A stretch of DNA of 64,000 nt from Firmicutes bacterium CAG:95 (GTDB lineage Bacteria; Bacteroidota; Bacteroidia; Bacteroidales; Paludibacteraceae). Of the stretch, positions 19,303 to 28,567 are shown piece after piece (position 1 is the first letter of the stretch; each line of letters starts with the position of its first letter). Below the pieces are notes generated by a model that worked only from the letters and a program-made list of their open reading frames with translations, did not search any database and had not been told where the DNA came from. The DNA lies in the NCBI GenBank assembly GCA_963615025.1, contig CAVEFV010000002.1, positions 10,755 to 74,754 on the forward strand, in the 5' to 3' direction. Made by a program: the position numbers and the translations under genes.

Positions 19303-19335
19303 GGAAGCCTGTCCGATAATAAAAATCAGCCTTCC
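19303..19335 (+). terminator. possible terminator hairpin after sprA
   Basis: GGAAGCCTG/CAGCCTTCC stem (8 of 9 pairs) with a 15-nt loop and no clear U-tract. Confidence 0.3.
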
Positions 19336-19446
19336 GCTTCGTTGGTACTTGCCACCTGTTCCGAAGGATTTATAGTAGAATGGGAATCGGCATAATATTC
19401 ACTTTGCAATCCGGAAATAAACACGGTGCCTGCATTTCTCTACCTG

Positions 19447-20439
19447 TCATTTCGGGAAAGGAATAAGACTCAGATGTTTATCCGTAATTCTGTAGGTAAT
19501 GTATTTATCCAGAACCAATTCTGCTCCACATTCATGCATTAGTTCGACCACTTCGGGATAATGCTTGATATGGACTATTTCCCCCACAGGATCCAAAAGG
19601 TCTTTATAGCGTTCCGCAACAATATCACCAATCGAAGAATACATTTTCAGACAAGCATTTTGCTTGTTCTGTGCTTGTTCCGACTTGAATTTGAAGGTAG
19701 TCCTCACTTTGCGCTTGATTACTTGGCAGAATCTCGTCAACATATTCCTTATTTCGCCTGTCAAGGTATGTGTTCCGCTACATATATTACGCTCTTCAGT
19801 CCGTATGTCCTTCGTTGTTTTAGAATTATGCTTGAGTATTTTTCGCCTTTCTACTCCACTCGCTTTGAAATATCTTGTCAATTTCTCTGTCTCATAAATC
19901 AATTTGACCGAGCGTTGTACCAGATCCTCTAAATTATCCTTGCGGGTTTGCTCGTCAATATCCGGATTTATGAAATGCGTACATGCTACTTCTGCACTGA
20001 CACCATAGTTGCGCATAAGTAGTTCCATCTCATGCATCGTCCCGTACATATCTGCATCATCAGATAGGCGATGAAAGTTACAATCTTCAGGAAGAAATGC
20101 AAGGCGGCGGAATATTCCTTCGTCAGGATAACCGTATGAATACCCTTTCTTTTCCAACTTGTCACGAAGAATCTCAACAATAGCGATATTGACAAACAAA
20201 TGGCGGATAATATCTTCCAGTATATTAATCTTTTGCTTTCGGCTTATTTTGGAATCATTGTACCATTTCCACACGCCAAAGATACCGAAAATGGTAACTA
20301 TGGAAGCCGCAAAGGCTACACCCTCGAAATAGGGCGTCCAGCCCAAAGTCCCGTCCGTATTATAGTTAATCAAGGTAACTTGCGACAATATGCTATCAAG
20401 CGCGTGTATATTGTCTGCCAAAATCAATGAATCATTCAT
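19447..20439 (-). CDS. hypothetical single-pass membrane protein, no recognisable domain
   Basis: 330-aa ORF with one hydrophobic helix (FEGVAFAASIVTIFGIFGVWKWY). It begins 29 nt downstream of the cca stop on the same strand. Spot G+C is about 35-43%, against about 55% in a sprA line. Confidence 0.65.
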   Translation of the reverse strand: MNDSLILADNIHALDSILSQVTLINYNTDGTLGWTPYFEGVAFAASIVTIFGIFGVWKWYNDSKISRKQKINILEDIIRHLFVNIAIVEILRDKLEKKGYSYGYPDEGIFRRLAFLPEDCNFHRLSDDADMYGTMHEMELLMRNYGVSAEVACTHFINPDIDEQTRKDNLEDLVQRSVKLIYETEKLTRYFKASGVERRKILKHNSKTTKDIRTEERNICSGTHTLTGEIRNMLTRFCQVIKRKVRTTFKFKSEQAQNKQNACLKMYSSIGDIVAERYKDLLDPVGEIVHIKHYPEVVELMHECGAELVLDKYITYRITDKHLSLIPFPK

Positions 20440-20468
20440 GCTAAAAGTATTTAATGGTTATTCAATCG

Positions 20469-21878
20469 TTACGCTAAACCTTTCTCTCTGGCAAGTAGCA
20501 TAAGATATTCCTTTGCCGGCTCATATTCGTTCGGTATCACACCGTCCAATATCGCATCTTTTACTGCATTCTTCAACTCTCCCACTACAGCACTTGGCTG
20601 CAAATGTAGCAACTCCATAATCTCCTCCCCGCGAATAGGAGGCTGAAACTGACGCAGACGGTCCTTCTCTTCTATCTCGCACATCTTCCGACGCACAATC
20701 TGATAGTTGTGTTTGTATCGCTGAACCTTCTCCTCGTTTTTCGAAGTTATATCAGCCTCGCACAACAACATCAGGTCGTCTATATCATCTCCAGCCTCAA
20801 ACAACAACCGACGCACTGCCGAATCAGTCACACGCTCTTCTATCAAGTTTATCGGACGCATGTGCAAATCCACCAACTTCATAACATACTTCATCTTCTC
20901 GTTTTGCGGCAACTTCATACGGGCGAAGATACGAGGTATCATCTTGCTACCCACATAATTATGATTATGAAAGGTCCAGCCAACACTGTCATCCCAACTC
21001 TTTGTGCGTGGCTTGCCTATGTCATGCAACAATGCAGCCCAACGCAACCACAGGTTATCCGACTTCGCAGCCACCGAGTCCAACACTTGCATCGTATGGC
21101 GGAATATATCCTTATGCCCGCGACCATCCTTCGTTTCCACACCCTTAAGAGCCGACAACTCCGGAAAAATGATGTTCAGTAGCCCTGTCTTGTCCAATAA
21201 GACCCAACCAACAGAAGGACGCCTCGAAAGCATAATCTTGTTCAGTTCCTCCACAATGCGCTCCTTGGTGATGATGTTTATCCGCTCACGGTTTCGTTCT
21301 ATCGCCTCAAAGGTCGTCAGATTCAAATAAAATCCCAACTGCGATGCAAAACGAATACCCCTCAACATCCGCAACGGGTCATCCGAGAAGGTAATATCTG
21401 GGTCTAACGGTGTACGGATAATACACTCATCCATGTCATACAATCCGTCAAAGGGGTCCAACAATTCACCGTAATGTTCTTTGTTCAAGCAGATTGCCAA
21501 CGCATTGATCGTAAAATCACGCCGCCGCTGGTCGTCTTCCAATGTCCCGTCCTCCACAATAGGATTACGCGAGTCTGAACAATACGACTCCTTGCGAGCC
21601 CCCACAAACTCAAGTTCCATATTCCCCTTTTTCACCTGCGCTGTACCGTATGTCCTGAACACCGACAAGTGCGAACCCCGTCCCAATGCCTCCTTTACCG
21701 CCTCAGCAAGACGGATACCGCTACCCACTACCACAATGTCTATATCGTCACTCTCCCGTCGGAGGAACAAGTCACGGACCCAACCGCCAATAACATAGCA
21801 CGGCATTCCAAGAGCATCGGCCTGCTCTCCGACCAAGCGGAGAATAGGAGTGTTTATTCTATCATTCTCAACAACCAT
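20469..21878 (-). CDS. cca: CCA-adding tRNA nucleotidyltransferase (PolyA-polymerase family with HD domain)
   Basis: 469 aa. GGWVRDLFL...DIDIVV nucleotidyltransferase head and HD motif LLHDIGKP. Confidence 0.9.
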   Translation of the reverse strand: MVVENDRINTPILRLVGEQADALGMPCYVIGGWVRDLFLRRESDDIDIVVVGSGIRLAEAVKEALGRGSHLSVFRTYGTAQVKKGNMELEFVGARKESYCSDSRNPIVEDGTLEDDQRRRDFTINALAICLNKEHYGELLDPFDGLYDMDECIIRTPLDPDITFSDDPLRMLRGIRFASQLGFYLNLTTFEAIERNRERINIITKERIVEELNKIMLSRRPSVGWVLLDKTGLLNIIFPELSALKGVETKDGRGHKDIFRHTMQVLDSVAAKSDNLWLRWAALLHDIGKPRTKSWDDSVGWTFHNHNYVGSKMIPRIFARMKLPQNEKMKYVMKLVDLHMRPINLIEERVTDSAVRRLLFEAGDDIDDLMLLCEADITSKNEEKVQRYKHNYQIVRRKMCEIEEKDRLRQFQPPIRGEEIMELLHLQPSAVVGELKNAVKDAILDGVIPNEYEPAKEYLMLLAREKGLA

Positions 21879-21900
21879 TACCTTACTGCTTTATTACTTG

Positions 21901-21908
21901 CAAAGATA
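21901..21908 (-). promoter_or_regulatory. -7 promoter box TATCTTTG for cca
   Basis: Exact TAnnTTTG on the minus strand, 23 nt upstream of the ATG at 21878. Confidence 0.5.
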
Positions 21909-21954
21909 ATGTATTTTTTATTTTGGCACAAATGTTGTCGCTCAATCAGTAGTT

Positions 21955-22536
21955 ATGAAACGCATTGTCACCATTCTCCTTATAGTATTAGCACCTATCG
22001 CTGCAACCCGAACCTGTGCAGCACGACCCGATTCCTGCCTCGTGCAAGTCCATAATGGCGACACCATCTACCTCGTTTCCTTGCGCACCGTATATGTGTA
22101 CCCTCCCCTGCGCTTCAAAAACAAAAAGCAGGAGCGGTTCTATTGGAAAACCGTACGCGATGTCAAGAAAACTCTTCCCATCGCCAAAGTACTGACGCAG
22201 GAAATGAACCGCACCTACGACATTATGAGCAAGATGGACCGAAGGGATCAACGCAAATTCTGGAAGCAATACGAGAAAAACCTCTATGCACAATACGAGG
22301 ACCAGTTCCGAAGCATGACCGCTTCGCAAGGGCAAATGCTCATGAAACTACTCAATCGGGAATGCGGACAAACTTCCTACGATGTCATCAAGTTCTACAA
22401 AGGATCTCTTACCGCCTCTTTTTGGCAGATGGTTGCAAAGATGGTCGGCAACGACCTCAAAGCCGAATATGACGGCAACGACAAAGACCAAATCACCGAA
22501 CGCATCATCACACTCGTAGAAGCAGGACAGTTATAA
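21955..22536 (+). CDS. secreted hypothetical protein (DUF4294-like)
   Basis: 193 aa with a signal peptide (MKRIVTILLIVLAPIAA). The pattern VYVYPPLRFKNKKQERFYWKTVRDVKK resembles the Bacteroidota DUF4294 family as I remember it. Confidence 0.6.
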   Translation: MKRIVTILLIVLAPIAATRTCAARPDSCLVQVHNGDTIYLVSLRTVYVYPPLRFKNKKQERFYWKTVRDVKKTLPIAKVLTQEMNRTYDIMSKMDRRDQRKFWKQYEKNLYAQYEDQFRSMTASQGQMLMKLLNRECGQTSYDVIKFYKGSLTASFWQMVAKMVGNDLKAEYDGNDKDQITERIITLVEAGQL

Positions 22537-22578
22537 CACCCCTTTTCCACCGCCACCCTCACTATATGCTCTTAATAA

Positions 22579-22920
22579 CTGTAGAGCCATAGCGTGCTAT
22601 GGCTCTCTGCGTGGCTTCTTGCGTGGCAATATGTTTGATAATCCTTTGCCCGTCGTCTGTAACTTCGTTTAGGCTAACTGTAGAGCCATAGCGTGCTATG
22701 GCTCTCAACTCCCTTTTGCAGAACAAACAATATGTTCCCCTCCAACCTATGTAAACCCCTCAATAGATCAATATTATTTGGCTATTATTTGATTATTATT
22801 TGTTCCTTGTTTGTCCGTCCCATACCCGTCGTCTGTAACTTCGTTTAGGCTAACTGTAGAGCCATAGCGTGCTATGGCTCTCGACTTCCTTCCGCAGACA
22901 GAACAATGTGTTACCGTTTT
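22579..22920 (+). repeat. REP-like hairpin array, locus 2 (3 units)
   Basis: CTGT + AGAGCCATAGC-GT-GCTATGGCTCT at 22583-22606, 22682-22705 and 22858-22881. An exact 29-nt pre-hairpin repeat CCCGTCGTCTGTAACTTCGTTTAGGCTAA lies at 22649-22677 and 22825-22853. Confidence 0.9.
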
Positions 22921-23049
22921 ACCTATATTGACAACTCCTATCAACTATTTACTTTCAACCATCAAACTTTAATATCCATTCTTCTATCCTATTTCCCTCT
23001 TTCCTCTAAACTCCCCTCCGCAAAGCCCTATATTTACTACCATTTCCAA

Positions 23050-23104
23050 AGGATTGATATAGGACGAATATAAGACGAATATAGGATGAATATAGAACGA
23101 ATAT
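23050..23104 (+). repeat. 11-bp tandem array, locus 2 (5 units)
   Basis: Units in order: AGGATTGATAT, AGGACGAATAT, AAGACGAATAT, AGGATGAATAT, AGAACGAATAT. Confidence 0.9.
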
Positions 23105-23360
23105 AGAAATCACATTCCACAATCACCCCAAAATCATCCAATCAACAATCATAAAATTATTAAAATTTTTAGATTCAATCACTCGTTCAACTATATCCCC
23201 TATATCAACCATAAACGCCATACATCCAGTACACATCTCGCATATCAATTATCAATAAAGTATGGATAGTAGGAACAATAAGGATGTGTCTAAACTCTAC
23301 TGCACACCCCTTTCCATAAAATATCCATATAGGGGTACTAAGTATGATGTTATAAAATAC

Positions 23361-24104
23361 CTATATAGCCTTTATTGTATGATACACTTTGCGAATAAAA
23401 TTCTCATAATCATTCAGAATGATAGAACTACCAAAATCAGAATAGTGGTTTGTACTTACTCGGATTTGTGTATTGCATTGTGTGTAAAAGTCCATATACT
23501 CTTTGTCAGTTTTCCCCAACAACGCATCATTGTTTGGAATATGTACCACATACAAAAGTGTCTTGTTGGGCGTATGGAAAAATCTGTCCACATTATCGTG
23601 CGATAAGGTAATATATTTAGCGGCATTATGCTCCGTGAATGTTTCCCACTTAGCAATTCGTTTATCTCTCTTATAATAGGGCAATCGGTCTAAGATAATG
23701 AATATCTGAAAATACGGGCAATTATTAGCGCGTATATTAGCAGTCTCGCCTAACATATTTTCGAAGTAGTTATTTGAATTCTGCGAATAATTCTGCATTA
23801 TAAATTTTACGGCAATGCCGGCAATCGGCATATTTGTATCTGATTCACATATAGTCACATCCACCTTCTTATCTACATACCTCCCTTGTATATTCCCCTC
23901 TCTATCATCCTCCCACCCTTGTGAATGCACACAATATCCTATTCCCAACCGCAGAGACAAGTCTTTGGCTATAGCACCGTGTAATGGTTTCAATTTAGCC
24001 GTACTACGGGATGTCCCTGACTGAAGGAACTCGCAAAACGAATTGGAGATTACATCAAGAAATCCATTATTACTCAATGGAAAAGAGATCTCTTTGCTTT
24101 TCAT
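23361..24104 (-). CDS. putative type II restriction endonuclease (family not recognised)
   Basis: 247-aa ORF overlapping the 3' end of the methyltransferase gene by 35 nt. Very AT-rich. Has a candidate PD-(D/E)XK-like segment (VDKKVDVTI...IAGIAVKF). The assignment rests on context. Confidence 0.55.
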   Translation of the reverse strand: MKSKEISFPLSNNGFLDVISNSFCEFLQSGTSRSTAKLKPLHGAIAKDLSLRLGIGYCVHSQGWEDDREGNIQGRYVDKKVDVTICESDTNMPIAGIAVKFIMQNYSQNSNNYFENMLGETANIRANNCPYFQIFIILDRLPYYKRDKRIAKWETFTEHNAAKYITLSHDNVDRFFHTPNKTLLYVVHIPNNDALLGKTDKEYMDFYTQCNTQIRVSTNHYSDFGSSIILNDYENFIRKVYHTIKAI

Positions 24105-25512
24105 ATAGACCCAGTTTATAGTTAATATATTGTTCCAATTCTTTGGAACTGAAAGTATAATATCCGCCGCTCTTATAATGCCGTAATGTTCGGATATAAT
24201 GCATAAATTCTTCTGTAAATAGAATGTCCCTTAAGGTATCCTTATCTACTTTTGTTAAGATATACAAACCACTATATACCCCTGCTCCTTCAACAACCTG
24301 TTTCAGTTTGATAGAGCCTTGGTTAATGAACAAACTATTGATAGCGTATTTATTAGTCCACACATCTTTCAAGGCTTGCGTCCGACCATATAAATACCAC
24401 TCGGGACAATCCTGTTCACTTCGTCCTTTCAACAAGATTTCCTTGTTTTGTAATAAATAGTCACGGATAGCCGGAACAGAGAAAATTTGTTCTTTGGACA
24501 ACGGCTTCCCCTGTGTATCGTAAGGATAGAAGGCATGATACCAATTCCCTGTAGATGCCTTTAATACAGGGATAGTATATTCTGTAAAAGGAAAACTCGG
24601 ACGGATGAAGACATTGTCTGCAAGTGTGGCAAAACCATTCTTTACTTGCACATATTGTTTGTGCGGTGAGACAAATATCTTTCGTAATATAGCAAGCATT
24701 TGAGGATTAGCCATATACATATAGTTCCCTATCATAGTTTCCTCTATTGTCAAACAGTCTGTTACTAAAATAATATGCCGCTCACCTATATATTTGCAAT
24801 ATGTAAAATCATTGTGTCGAACGCCCTTCTCAAATAAAGCGATCATTGTATAAGTGGTCGCCGAAAAAGGTTGGAAGTGTTCCAGATCAATGAGTTTTAC
24901 CAAGTTATGCTGTGTACGGATATATTGCCTGAAAACTCCACCTGCTACACTATTTATCCACGAACTCGGAGTGATGTAACATAATCGCCCGCCCGAACAA
25001 AGCATTTGGAACCCGATTTCATAAAACGCCAGATACAAATCGGTCATTCCTCCTTGCGTAAAACATAATTGCTTGATTGAAGCATAATTGTCCACAAGAT
25101 TATGCACGCGTACATATGGCGGATTGCCCACCACAAAATCCATTTTACCATTGAATTTCGAAATGGTTAAGGCATCAGCATTGAGTATATCCCATGGTAC
25201 ATCAGGCACGCCCAATTCCTCCAACAATGTATCTAAATTTCGGATACATTGGGAATATGCCACGCCATCCAATTCTATACCATGGATATAGGTGGAAAGT
25301 TCCTGCTGTAAAACTTGGACATCAGATGATTGTTGCAGAAAAACAGCGCAGTAACGCCGTACTATTTCGCAGAGAAAAGCACCGTCACCACAACTGTTAT
25401 CAATGATGTGCTTACGAAGAATGCGTGTGCCGACATACCCTGCTACATCGAGGATATCACACACTAAATAATGGGGCGTAAAGACCTGCCCTGATTGTTT
25501 TATAGTTGCCAT
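24070..25512 (-). CDS. N6-adenine DNA methyltransferase, gamma class (Eco57I/TaqI-like)
   Basis: 480 aa. GQVFTPHYLVCDILD, then AdoMet motif I IIDNSCGDGAFL, then catalytic motif IV VVGNPPYV, followed by a long C-terminal target-recognition region. Confidence 0.88.
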   Translation of the reverse strand: MATIKQSGQVFTPHYLVCDILDVAGYVGTRILRKHIIDNSCGDGAFLCEIVRRYCAVFLQQSSDVQVLQQELSTYIHGIELDGVAYSQCIRNLDTLLEELGVPDVPWDILNADALTISKFNGKMDFVVGNPPYVRVHNLVDNYASIKQLCFTQGGMTDLYLAFYEIGFQMLCSGGRLCYITPSSWINSVAGGVFRQYIRTQHNLVKLIDLEHFQPFSATTYTMIALFEKGVRHNDFTYCKYIGERHIILVTDCLTIEETMIGNYMYMANPQMLAILRKIFVSPHKQYVQVKNGFATLADNVFIRPSFPFTEYTIPVLKASTGNWYHAFYPYDTQGKPLSKEQIFSVPAIRDYLLQNKEILLKGRSEQDCPEWYLYGRTQALKDVWTNKYAINSLFINQGSIKLKQVVEGAGVYSGLYILTKVDKDTLRDILFTEEFMHYIRTLRHYKSGGYYTFSSKELEQYINYKLGLYEKQRDLFSIE

Positions 25513-25912
25513 ATTGCATCATGGCGAAAGCATTATGCGGTATGGCAACACTACAGATTGGCGACTAAAAGAAAAGAATTTAACAAACGCTTTGGCTGCC
25601 GTATGAATATCATACAAACAAGACACACGAAAAGCAGATGTTCTCTTATCTCCTGTCGCGTGGCTGTAGGAATCGCCAAAAATGGAAGAATAAGTAAAAC
25701 ATCTGCTAACGCAGACGCTTACAACTTACTCGAATCCATTTTGTCTTTAAGAACTTCCTACATTCCGCGACAAATACCGAATAAATAGCAAACGCTATTA
25801 AATTAAGGAGTGTATGTATTATACCCCTATCGTACTCCCTTACACCATAGAGGTTATTTCAAAAGCAAAGGTAGCACTATTTTTTAACTTGTGCAACTTG
25901 AATAATTTATTG

Positions 25913-25920
25913 TATCTTTG
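25913..25920 (+). promoter_or_regulatory. -7 promoter box TATCTTTG
   Basis: Exact TAnnTTTG, 47 nt upstream of the ATG at 25967. It lies inside the annotated 25814 ORF extension, which argues for the shorter CDS. Confidence 0.55.
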
Positions 25921-25966
25921 CAGTGCGTTTCAACATGATATACTAACCAACGCCATTAGGCTGAAT

Positions 25967-27199
25967 ATGGTACTTAATTATATTTGGATAGGCTTTATAC
26001 TGATTGCTGTAATAAGCGGTATTATACAGTTCTTCTTTTTAGGGGAGACCGATATATTCAACGCCATACTAAACTCCACCTTCGATTCTGCAAAGACAGG
26101 ATTTGAAATATCATTAGGCCTAACAGGCGTACTCACACTATGGTTAGGTATTATGAAAATAGGAGAACGAGGAGGTGTCGTCGCATCATTCTCCCGAGTT
26201 GTAGCACCCTTCTTCTCGCGTATATTCCCCGATGTACCTAAGAATCACCCTGCTTATGCTAGTATGTTTATGAACATCTCCGCTAATATGTTAGGACTGG
26301 ATAATGCGGCGACGCCTATGGGATTAAAGGCTATGCAAGAATTGCAGGAAATTAACCCCGACAAAAATCGAGCGTCCAACGCAATGATTATGTTCTTGGT
26401 GCTAAACACCTCCGGACTGACATTGATACCTGTCAGTATCATGGTCTATCGTGCTCAATTAGGCGCAGCAAACCCCGCCGATGTATTCTTGCCGATACTC
26501 TTAGCCACCTATTTCTCAACATTGGTAGGTCTTATATCGGTCTGTATAGCACAGCATATCCGTCTATGGGATAAGGTCATCCTACTCACATTGGGAGGAC
26601 TGACAGCGTTCGTCGGGCTTATGTTATATGGTGCATACCGCCTCCCAGAACCTACACTCACCAAATGGTCAAGCATCTGTTCTGCAGTAATACTATTAAG
26701 TGTCATCGTCGCTTTTATTATAAAGGCAATGATACGGAAAGTCAATGTATACGAAGCCTTTATAGATGGCGCAAAAGATGGTTTTAAGACCGCTGTGGGT
26801 ATTATACCCTACTTAGTGGCAATGCTCGTAGCAGTGGGGATGTTTCGAGCATCTGGAGCAATGGATTTAATGGTCGATGCTATTGCGTGTGTTGTAGCAA
26901 CTATGGGGCTGAATACCGACTTTGTTCCAGCATTGCCGACCGCATTTATGAAGCCACTTAGTGGTAGCGGGGCAAGAGGACTAATGGTAGATGCAATGAC
27001 GCAGTATGGAGCAGATTCGTTTGTCGGCCGATTAGTGAGTATTATGCAAGGGGCTACAGATACAACATTCTACATACTGGCAGTCTATTTTGGTTATGTA
27101 GGCATCAAAGATACTCGGTATGCTGTTGTATGCGGACTGATAGCAGATGTAGCAGGACTTGTAGCAGCGATACTGATAGCCTACTTGTTTTTTCATTAA
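25967..27199 (+). CDS. nucleoside-recognition (Gate) domain membrane protein, fused SpmA/SpmB-like
   Basis: Starts MVLNYIWIGFILIAVISG. Polytopic membrane protein with two Gate-like halves. The upstream 51 codons of the ORF look non-coding. Confidence 0.75.
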   Translation: MVLNYIWIGFILIAVISGIIQFFFLGETDIFNAILNSTFDSAKTGFEISLGLTGVLTLWLGIMKIGERGGVVASFSRVVAPFFSRIFPDVPKNHPAYASMFMNISANMLGLDNAATPMGLKAMQELQEINPDKNRASNAMIMFLVLNTSGLTLIPVSIMVYRAQLGAANPADVFLPILLATYFSTLVGLISVCIAQHIRLWDKVILLTLGGLTAFVGLMLYGAYRLPEPTLTKWSSICSAVILLSVIVAFIIKAMIRKVNVYEAFIDGAKDGFKTAVGIIPYLVAMLVAVGMFRASGAMDLMVDAIACVVATMGLNTDFVPALPTAFMKPLSGSGARGLMVDAMTQYGADSFVGRLVSIMQGATDTTFYILAVYFGYVGIKDTRYAVVCGLIADVAGLVAAILIAYLFFH

Positions 27200-27230
27200 A
27201 GGATAGATTCTCTCTCAACGATAGTCTAAT

Positions 27231-27656
27231 ATGATTTATTTTCAAGCAGATAATATCCCTCTTCCTGCATTACAACAGGAACAGGTGAATAATTGGATAC
27301 ATTCCATCGCTGCTTATTATGGCAAGCGGGTAGGGAACATACACTATATATTCTGCAACGACGAACGGATATTGGACGTTAATCGTCAGTTCTTGCAACA
27401 TGATTACTACACCGATGTTATAACATTCGATTACTCTAATGGGGTCGTTCTTTCAGGGGACATATTCATTAGCGTGGATACAGTTCGTTCAAACGCAGCA
27501 CAACAAAAAGTGCTGTTTGAACAGGAGTTATTACGCATCATCATTCATGGTGTGCTACACCTGACAGGTCAAAACGACAAAACACCGGAAACCCATGCAC
27601 AAATGACCCAAAAAGAAGAACATGCGCTTGGACTATACAGTAAACTATTGGAATAG
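27231..27656 (+). CDS. ybeY: rRNA maturation endoribonuclease YbeY
   Basis: 141 aa with a metal-binding motif HGVLHLTGQND. Confidence 0.9.
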   Translation: MIYFQADNIPLPALQQEQVNNWIHSIAAYYGKRVGNIHYIFCNDERILDVNRQFLQHDYYTDVITFDYSNGVVLSGDIFISVDTVRSNAAQQKVLFEQELLRIIIHGVLHLTGQNDKTPETHAQMTQKEEHALGLYSKLLE

Positions 27657-27700
27657 TTTTTGCTATCTATTGGTAATATAAACCCTTAATTTAAACCTTT

Positions 27701-27934
27701 ATGAAGAAATTATTATCATTAGTAGGAGGCATCGCTATCGGAGCCATCTTAGGTATTCTTCTTGCCCCGCAAAGTGGTAAGGATACGCGTGAACAAATCA
27801 AGAAACTTATTCAAGAGAAAATGCCTAACTTGAGCAAAGAACGGTTGGAGCAGTTAGTAGACGAAGTGATTGCAAAATTAAAGAATCTATCTGCAGAATC
27901 TGTCGAATGCAAGTGCGATGAACAAGAAGCGTAG
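27701..27934 (+). CDS. YtxH domain-containing protein
   Basis: 77 aa. N-terminal helix plus LAPQSGKDTREQIKK, characteristic of YtxH. Confidence 0.85.
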   Translation: MKKLLSLVGGIAIGAILGILLAPQSGKDTREQIKKLIQEKMPNLSKERLEQLVDEVIAKLKNLSAESVECKCDEQEA

Positions 27935-28295
27935 TTCGTTGGAACAACTCATTGAGGATGGTAAAGCGTATTTGCAAAAGCGAGGGGACTTATGCCGATT
28001 GGAGTTGGTAGATAAGTTATCCGTTATTTTAGGCTTATTCTTTACATTCTTGGTATTGGGACTATTGTTGTTGGCTGCTGTAGGCTATTTTTCAGTGGCT
28101 ATAGTTGATAGTTTGTCTACTTGTATGCCTATATGGGCTGCATGTTGTATCATAGGTGGTGTATTTGTTGTGCTGTCTATTGTAGCGTATCTATGTAGGC
28201 ACCCGCTATTTATCAACCCGCTTATTCGTTTGTTGAGCGGTATTCTGTTCCACAATGAAGAAAGGAAGGAGGATGAAGATGAGAGCCTTGAATGA
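27918..28295 (+). CDS. small two-TM membrane protein (holin-X/DUF1469-like)
   Basis: 125 aa with two long hydrophobic helices. Overlaps the ytxH stop by 17 nt. This is the usual partner gene of ytxH in Bacteroidota. Confidence 0.6.
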   Translation: MNKKRSSLEQLIEDGKAYLQKRGDLCRLELVDKLSVILGLFFTFLVLGLLLLAAVGYFSVAIVDSLSTCMPIWAACCIIGGVFVVLSIVAYLCRHPLFINPLIRLLSGILFHNEERKEDEDESLE

Positions 28296-28506
28296 TATGC
28301 GTAATCAGCAAGATATAATGCGCCAGCGTAATCGGTTGAACAAAGAACTGAAGCGCTGCGAAAAGGCTTGCACGGCAGATGCTCAACAGGTGCGACAAGC
28401 ATGGAAGAATGTAGGACGGATATTCTCTCTTGCATCGTCCTCATTTACTTATCTCTTGACAGGTTTGTCTATAGCAAAACATATATTCTGCAATAAGAAA
28501 GCCTGA
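28255..28506 (+). CDS. small hypothetical protein, third gene of the YtxH triad (start uncertain; the ATG at 28297 is also possible)
   Basis: 83-aa ORF with a charged helix followed by a C-terminal hydrophobic segment. It is followed immediately by a strong terminator. Confidence 0.5.
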   Translation: MKKGRRMKMRALNDMRNQQDIMRQRNRLNKELKRCEKACTADAQQVRQAWKNVGRIFSLASSSFTYLLTGLSIAKHIFCNKKA

Positions 28507-28513
28507 GTCTAAC

Positions 28514-28546
28514 AAAAAAGCCTCTCCACTCGGAGGGGCTTTTTTC
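28514..28546. terminator. bidirectional intrinsic terminator (YtxH triad on +, htpG on -)
   Basis: AAAAAA, then the AGCCTCTCC/GGAGGGGCT 9-bp stem with an ACTC loop, then TTTTTT. Confidence 0.85.
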
Positions 28547-28567
28547 TTTATTACTTGTATATTTATT

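Noticed and set aside
21924-21938. Sigma-54-like TGGCACAAATGTTGT upstream of the DUF4294-like gene.
   Set aside because: The -12 element reads TTGT instead of TTGC, so the conserved GC dinucleotide is missing. I treat it as a chance match.
23262-23606. 114-aa + strand ORF overlapping the 3' part of the putative endonuclease gene.
   Set aside because: It is an AT-rich antisense frame (Ile/Lys/Tyr-rich) that lies within a longer ORF operonic with the methyltransferase. There is no independent support.
23329-25830. 9-bp inverted repeat ATAGGGGTA (23329-23337) / TACCCCTAT (25822-25830) flanking the R-M pair, considered as possible island ends.
   Set aside because: A 9-mer inverted match between two ~250-nt flanks is expected by chance with probability of about 0.2. 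The adjacent bases do not extend the match.
25495-25966. 97-aa ORF at 25495-25788, and the 51-codon N-terminal extension of the 25814 ORF.
   Set aside because: The TATCTTTG -7 box at 25913-25920 sits inside the extension. The membrane protein's first TM begins right after the ATG at 25967. The 97-aa ORF has no supporting features.
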